A stretch of 64,000 bases of DNA, taken from the IMG/VR virus record IMGVR_UViG_3300042864_001965; one strand, given 5' to 3'. This DNA is from a virus. The notes beneath the pieces are model-generated. The model made no database searches, was not told the DNA's origin, and saw only the letters and a list, made by a program, of their open reading frames with translations. A program made the position numbers and the translations under genes. Shown piece after piece: positions 63,034 through 64,000 of this stretch. Positions within the stretch are counted from its first letter, which is position 1, and every line of letters starts with the position of its first letter.

Positions 63034-64000
63034 CTAGATAGGCCGAAAGAAGTTTTGTGCGACAAACTCGCCCACAGCTAACCCCATGTCAAAAGAATCA
63101 ATACAAGCCTCCCGGACGTGAACCCCGCCATAAATACGGCTGAGGGCATTTTCCATTCCCGCTTCATAGAAGCTATCGAAATTACGAACGACACCTGGAA
63201 GCTCTTGGGAGACAGCACTAAATACATAGTCCTCACCAAAATATTCGGTCATCACTCCCGCAAATGCTCCCCCCATGGCAGAATGCCCTGACATATAATC
63301 CGGGAAAGGTGGGGAATTAACCTCCATTAATGGTGACAGCAAGGGCTTCCAATTGGGATCGCCCACCGTAGCAGCTATCCCGTCATTAGCCGCAAATCCT
63401 CCAGCAATTACGTCATCGGGGCGAGGTTGGAGTTCAGTGTATTTCTCTTTCCAAGCAACGATTACCGAATCTGCCAGCGCGGTATTTAACGCGGCAAATA
63501 GGCTGGCATCTTCTTGCAAGGTATTGCCCTCACTCACCGCAATTTTTTGAGCAATTTGGTTTAAATGCCCGTAGGGACGGAAGGTATCAGCGCGGTCATA
63601 AGCAAAGAAAACAGCCATTTCTGCCTGGTCTGCATTGCGTAAAGTGGTAGTGAGAGCAGTGTTTTGCAAGCCACCGTAGAGCCGGACTTCTTCAATTTCT
63701 TCGGCATACAATGTAGGATTTGTGTCAGGACGGCCATCAAGAGTCACATCAAGTTCATTGTCCGCAACAAACTGGTCAATGTCGCCAATTGTCCAAGTAT
63801 CTACTCCCCCCCAGTTCGCACCAAGTGCTACCCCAGCAGTGGGGACCGAGGTTTCTGGTCGCCAAACGTAGTCTCCCGGTGGCGCAGTGAAAGGTGTATT
63901 GTCGTTGGAACCATCATTAGCGCGTAAATTAAGGCTCTGATTGGCCACTAAAACGCCCAAATTAAACCCCCGGCTTTCCGCGGTGGCACTGTCCTGAATC
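63034..64000 (-). CDS. PAP2 / vanadium-haloperoxidase-superfamily protein (5' end beyond the window)
   Basis: K-x6-RP (KYTELQPRP), SGH (YMSGHS) and SR-x5-H (SRIYGGVHVRE) are present. The frame stays open to the window edge. The gene is visibly more GC-rich than its surroundings. Confidence 0.7.
   Translation of the reverse strand, partial: IQDSATAESRGFNLGVLVANQSLNLRANDGSNDNTPFTAPPGDYVWRPETSVPTAGVALGANWGGVDTWTIGDIDQFVADNELDVTLDGRPDTNPTLYAEEIEEVRLYGGLQNTALTTTLRNADQAEMAVFFAYDRADTFRPYGHLNQIAQKIAVSEGNTLQEDASLFAALNTALADSVIVAWKEKYTELQPRPDDVIAGGFAANDGIAATVGDPNWKPLLSPLMEVNSPPFPDYMSGHSAMGGAFAGVMTEYFGEDYVFSAVSQELPGVVRNFDSFYEAGMENALSRIYGGVHVREACIDSFDMGLAVGEFVAQNFFRPI

Overview
This window is AT-rich and tightly packed. 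It reads as a segment of a tailed, siphovirus-type cyanophage or prophage. All coordinates, motifs and promoter calls were made by eye from the sequence and ORF track, with no database search or folding program.

**Structural genes**
- Minus-strand tail block: chaperones with a -1 frameshift, a roughly 3,250-aa tape measure protein, an NlpC/P60 protein and a J-like host-specificity protein.
- Minus-strand head block: MuF-like protein and major capsid protein.
- Plus-strand terminase pair.
- Plus-strand tail-fibre-like operon.

**Metabolic and accessory genes**
- Class I ribonucleotide reductase (nrdA/nrdB).
- A long ThyA-like enzyme.
- A C5 cytosine methyltransferase and a ParB-like protein.
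- RusA.
- The cyanobacterial phycobilisome-degradation gene nblA.
- Three tRNAs.
- A degenerate PIN toxin-antitoxin pair.

**Main finding**
- At 6006-8290, inside an accessory island that splits the tail genes, sits a compact CRISPR locus.
- It has an 8-repeat, 7-spacer array directly abutting a 561-567-aa TnpB/Cas12-like nuclease with all three RuvC motifs intact.
- There are no cas1, cas2 or cas4 genes.
- A 27-nt anti-repeat lies inside the 3' coding end of the nuclease gene, and the nuclease stop codon lies inside the first repeat. This looks like a tracrRNA overlapping the ORF in the way a TnpB omega-RNA does.

**Repeated non-coding elements**
- A dispersed 26-bp palindrome embedded in roughly 200-bp repeat units.
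- Five copies of a promoter with a palindromic operator.
- CAGTTAT heptamer tracts at about eleven gene junctions.
- A conserved leader hairpin, with a compensatory base change, upstream of three regulator genes.
- A roughly 280-nt element at 30.3-30.6 kb bounded by a perfect 20-bp inverted repeat.
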